The notes under the pieces: model-generated
Told to the model about the DNA's origin: nothing
Seen by the model: only the letters and a program-made list of their open reading frames with translations
Databases searched by the model: none
In this document: positions 63,290-64,000 of the stretch, piece after piece
Layout of the letters: each line of letters begins with the position of its first letter
How positions within the stretch are numbered: position 1 is the stretch's first letter
NCBI GenBank assembly: GCA_964016885.1
Contig: OZ024750.1
Span: forward strand, 24,180,001-24,244,000
Origin: Eledone cirrhosa
Lineage: Eukaryota
Length of the DNA: 64,000 bases
Reading direction: 5' to 3'
Translations under genes and position numbers: made by a program

Positions 63290-63360
63290 AATATTTCCAG
63301 AATTTTGAACCAGAACCTAAGCATTTACCACTTGGTGTATGCATTGACAACTTAACAAAG
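63290..63360 (+). CDS. ABCA2: Exon 21: (E)YFQNFEPEPKHLPLGVCIDNLTK, leading into NBD1
   Basis: tacag|AA ... AAG|gtacaa; 71 nt. Confidence 0.94.
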
Positions 63361-63505
63361 GTACAATTATTGCATTTTACTACCAATATTAGAAATAATG
63401 TACCAATCTTTGATAAAATAGTTCTTAGATTTTATAGTTATATGTAGGCTTTGACCATAAATATAATTAGTCATGATTTTATTAGAGAAAATATTTTATG
63501 ATACT

Positions 63506-63808
63506 TTGACATCACTCATGTGGTCATTTGACATCACTCATGTCGTCATTTGACATCACTCATGTCGTCATTTGACATCACTCTCATGTCATTTGACATC
63601 ACTCTCATGTCGTCATTTGACATCACTCATGTCATCATTTGACATTACTCTCATGTCATTTGACATCACTCTCATGTCGTCATTTGACATCACTCTCATG
63701 TCGTCATTTGACATCACTCTCATGGCGTCATTTGACATCACTCTCATGGCGTCATTTGACATCACTGTGTCATGCCATTTGACATCACTGTGTCATGCCA
63801 TTTGACAT
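63506..63808. repeat. 21-24-bp minisatellite TCATTTGACATCACTCTCATGTCG, ~13 copies
   Basis: Direct inspection. Confidence 0.92.
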
Positions 63809-64000
63809 AATAACAGGCAAAGAAAATACATATTCACATACTTAGCTACATAATATAACTGTAAGATATCAAACTACCGTATCATTCGGTGACTACTGCA
63901 CAGGTTTTTCATTTTTTTCCTTGTTGGTTTTTGGGGGTGCGCAGTATACACCATAACTAAATAGTTTCTTATGTTTAACTAGGCTTTCCCAGACATTTTT

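Larger units (their letters stand above)
7665..63360 (+). other. ABCA2: Partial multi-exon gene: ATP-binding cassette subfamily A member 2-like transporter (21 coding exons in window; start exon and C-terminal part not seen)
   Basis: All 21 exons have AG/GT borders and compatible phases (3147 nt total). The peptide matches vertebrate ABCA2 motifs as I recall them: [109 protein letters not shown]. Confidence 0.95.

Noticed and set aside
47755-63808. CRISPR-like regular repeats (27-, 48-, 56- and 24-bp arrays)
   Set aside because: Units are contiguous with no unique spacers, there are no cas genes, and the context is a eukaryotic intron

Overview
AT-rich, repeat-dense eukaryotic genomic DNA. 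The repeat families and (GAT)n-tailed SINE/LINE ends suggest an octopus or other coleoid cephalopod, which is an inference. The window lies inside one large + strand gene, an ABCA2-like ABC-A lipid transporter. I traced 21 GT-AG coding exons (7665..63360) that splice in phase into 3147 nt (1049 codons), covering TM1, the first large extracellular domain and TM2-6 up to just before NBD1. I did not find the first coding exon, and NBD1 onward lies outside the window. The introns hold about 16 TTAA piggyBac-type MITEs, more than 20 copies of a tRNA-derived SINE, RTE-type LINE remnants, hAT and Tc2-like MITEs, DD37D transposase and Gypsy integrase relics, and many minisatellites. The most notable observations are: (i) several intronic type I hammerhead-ribozyme folds in Penelope-like repeats, including a CAGAAGA core variant and a head-to-head pair; (ii) a twin-priming-type 5' inversion in an Expander/Rex3-like LINE; (iii) a SINE whose target-site duplication copied a 5' splice site; (iv) a minisatellite derived from a SINE; and (v) an expanded extracellular exon with an REKR furin-type motif. 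All calls are by eye, with no database search or RNA folding run.
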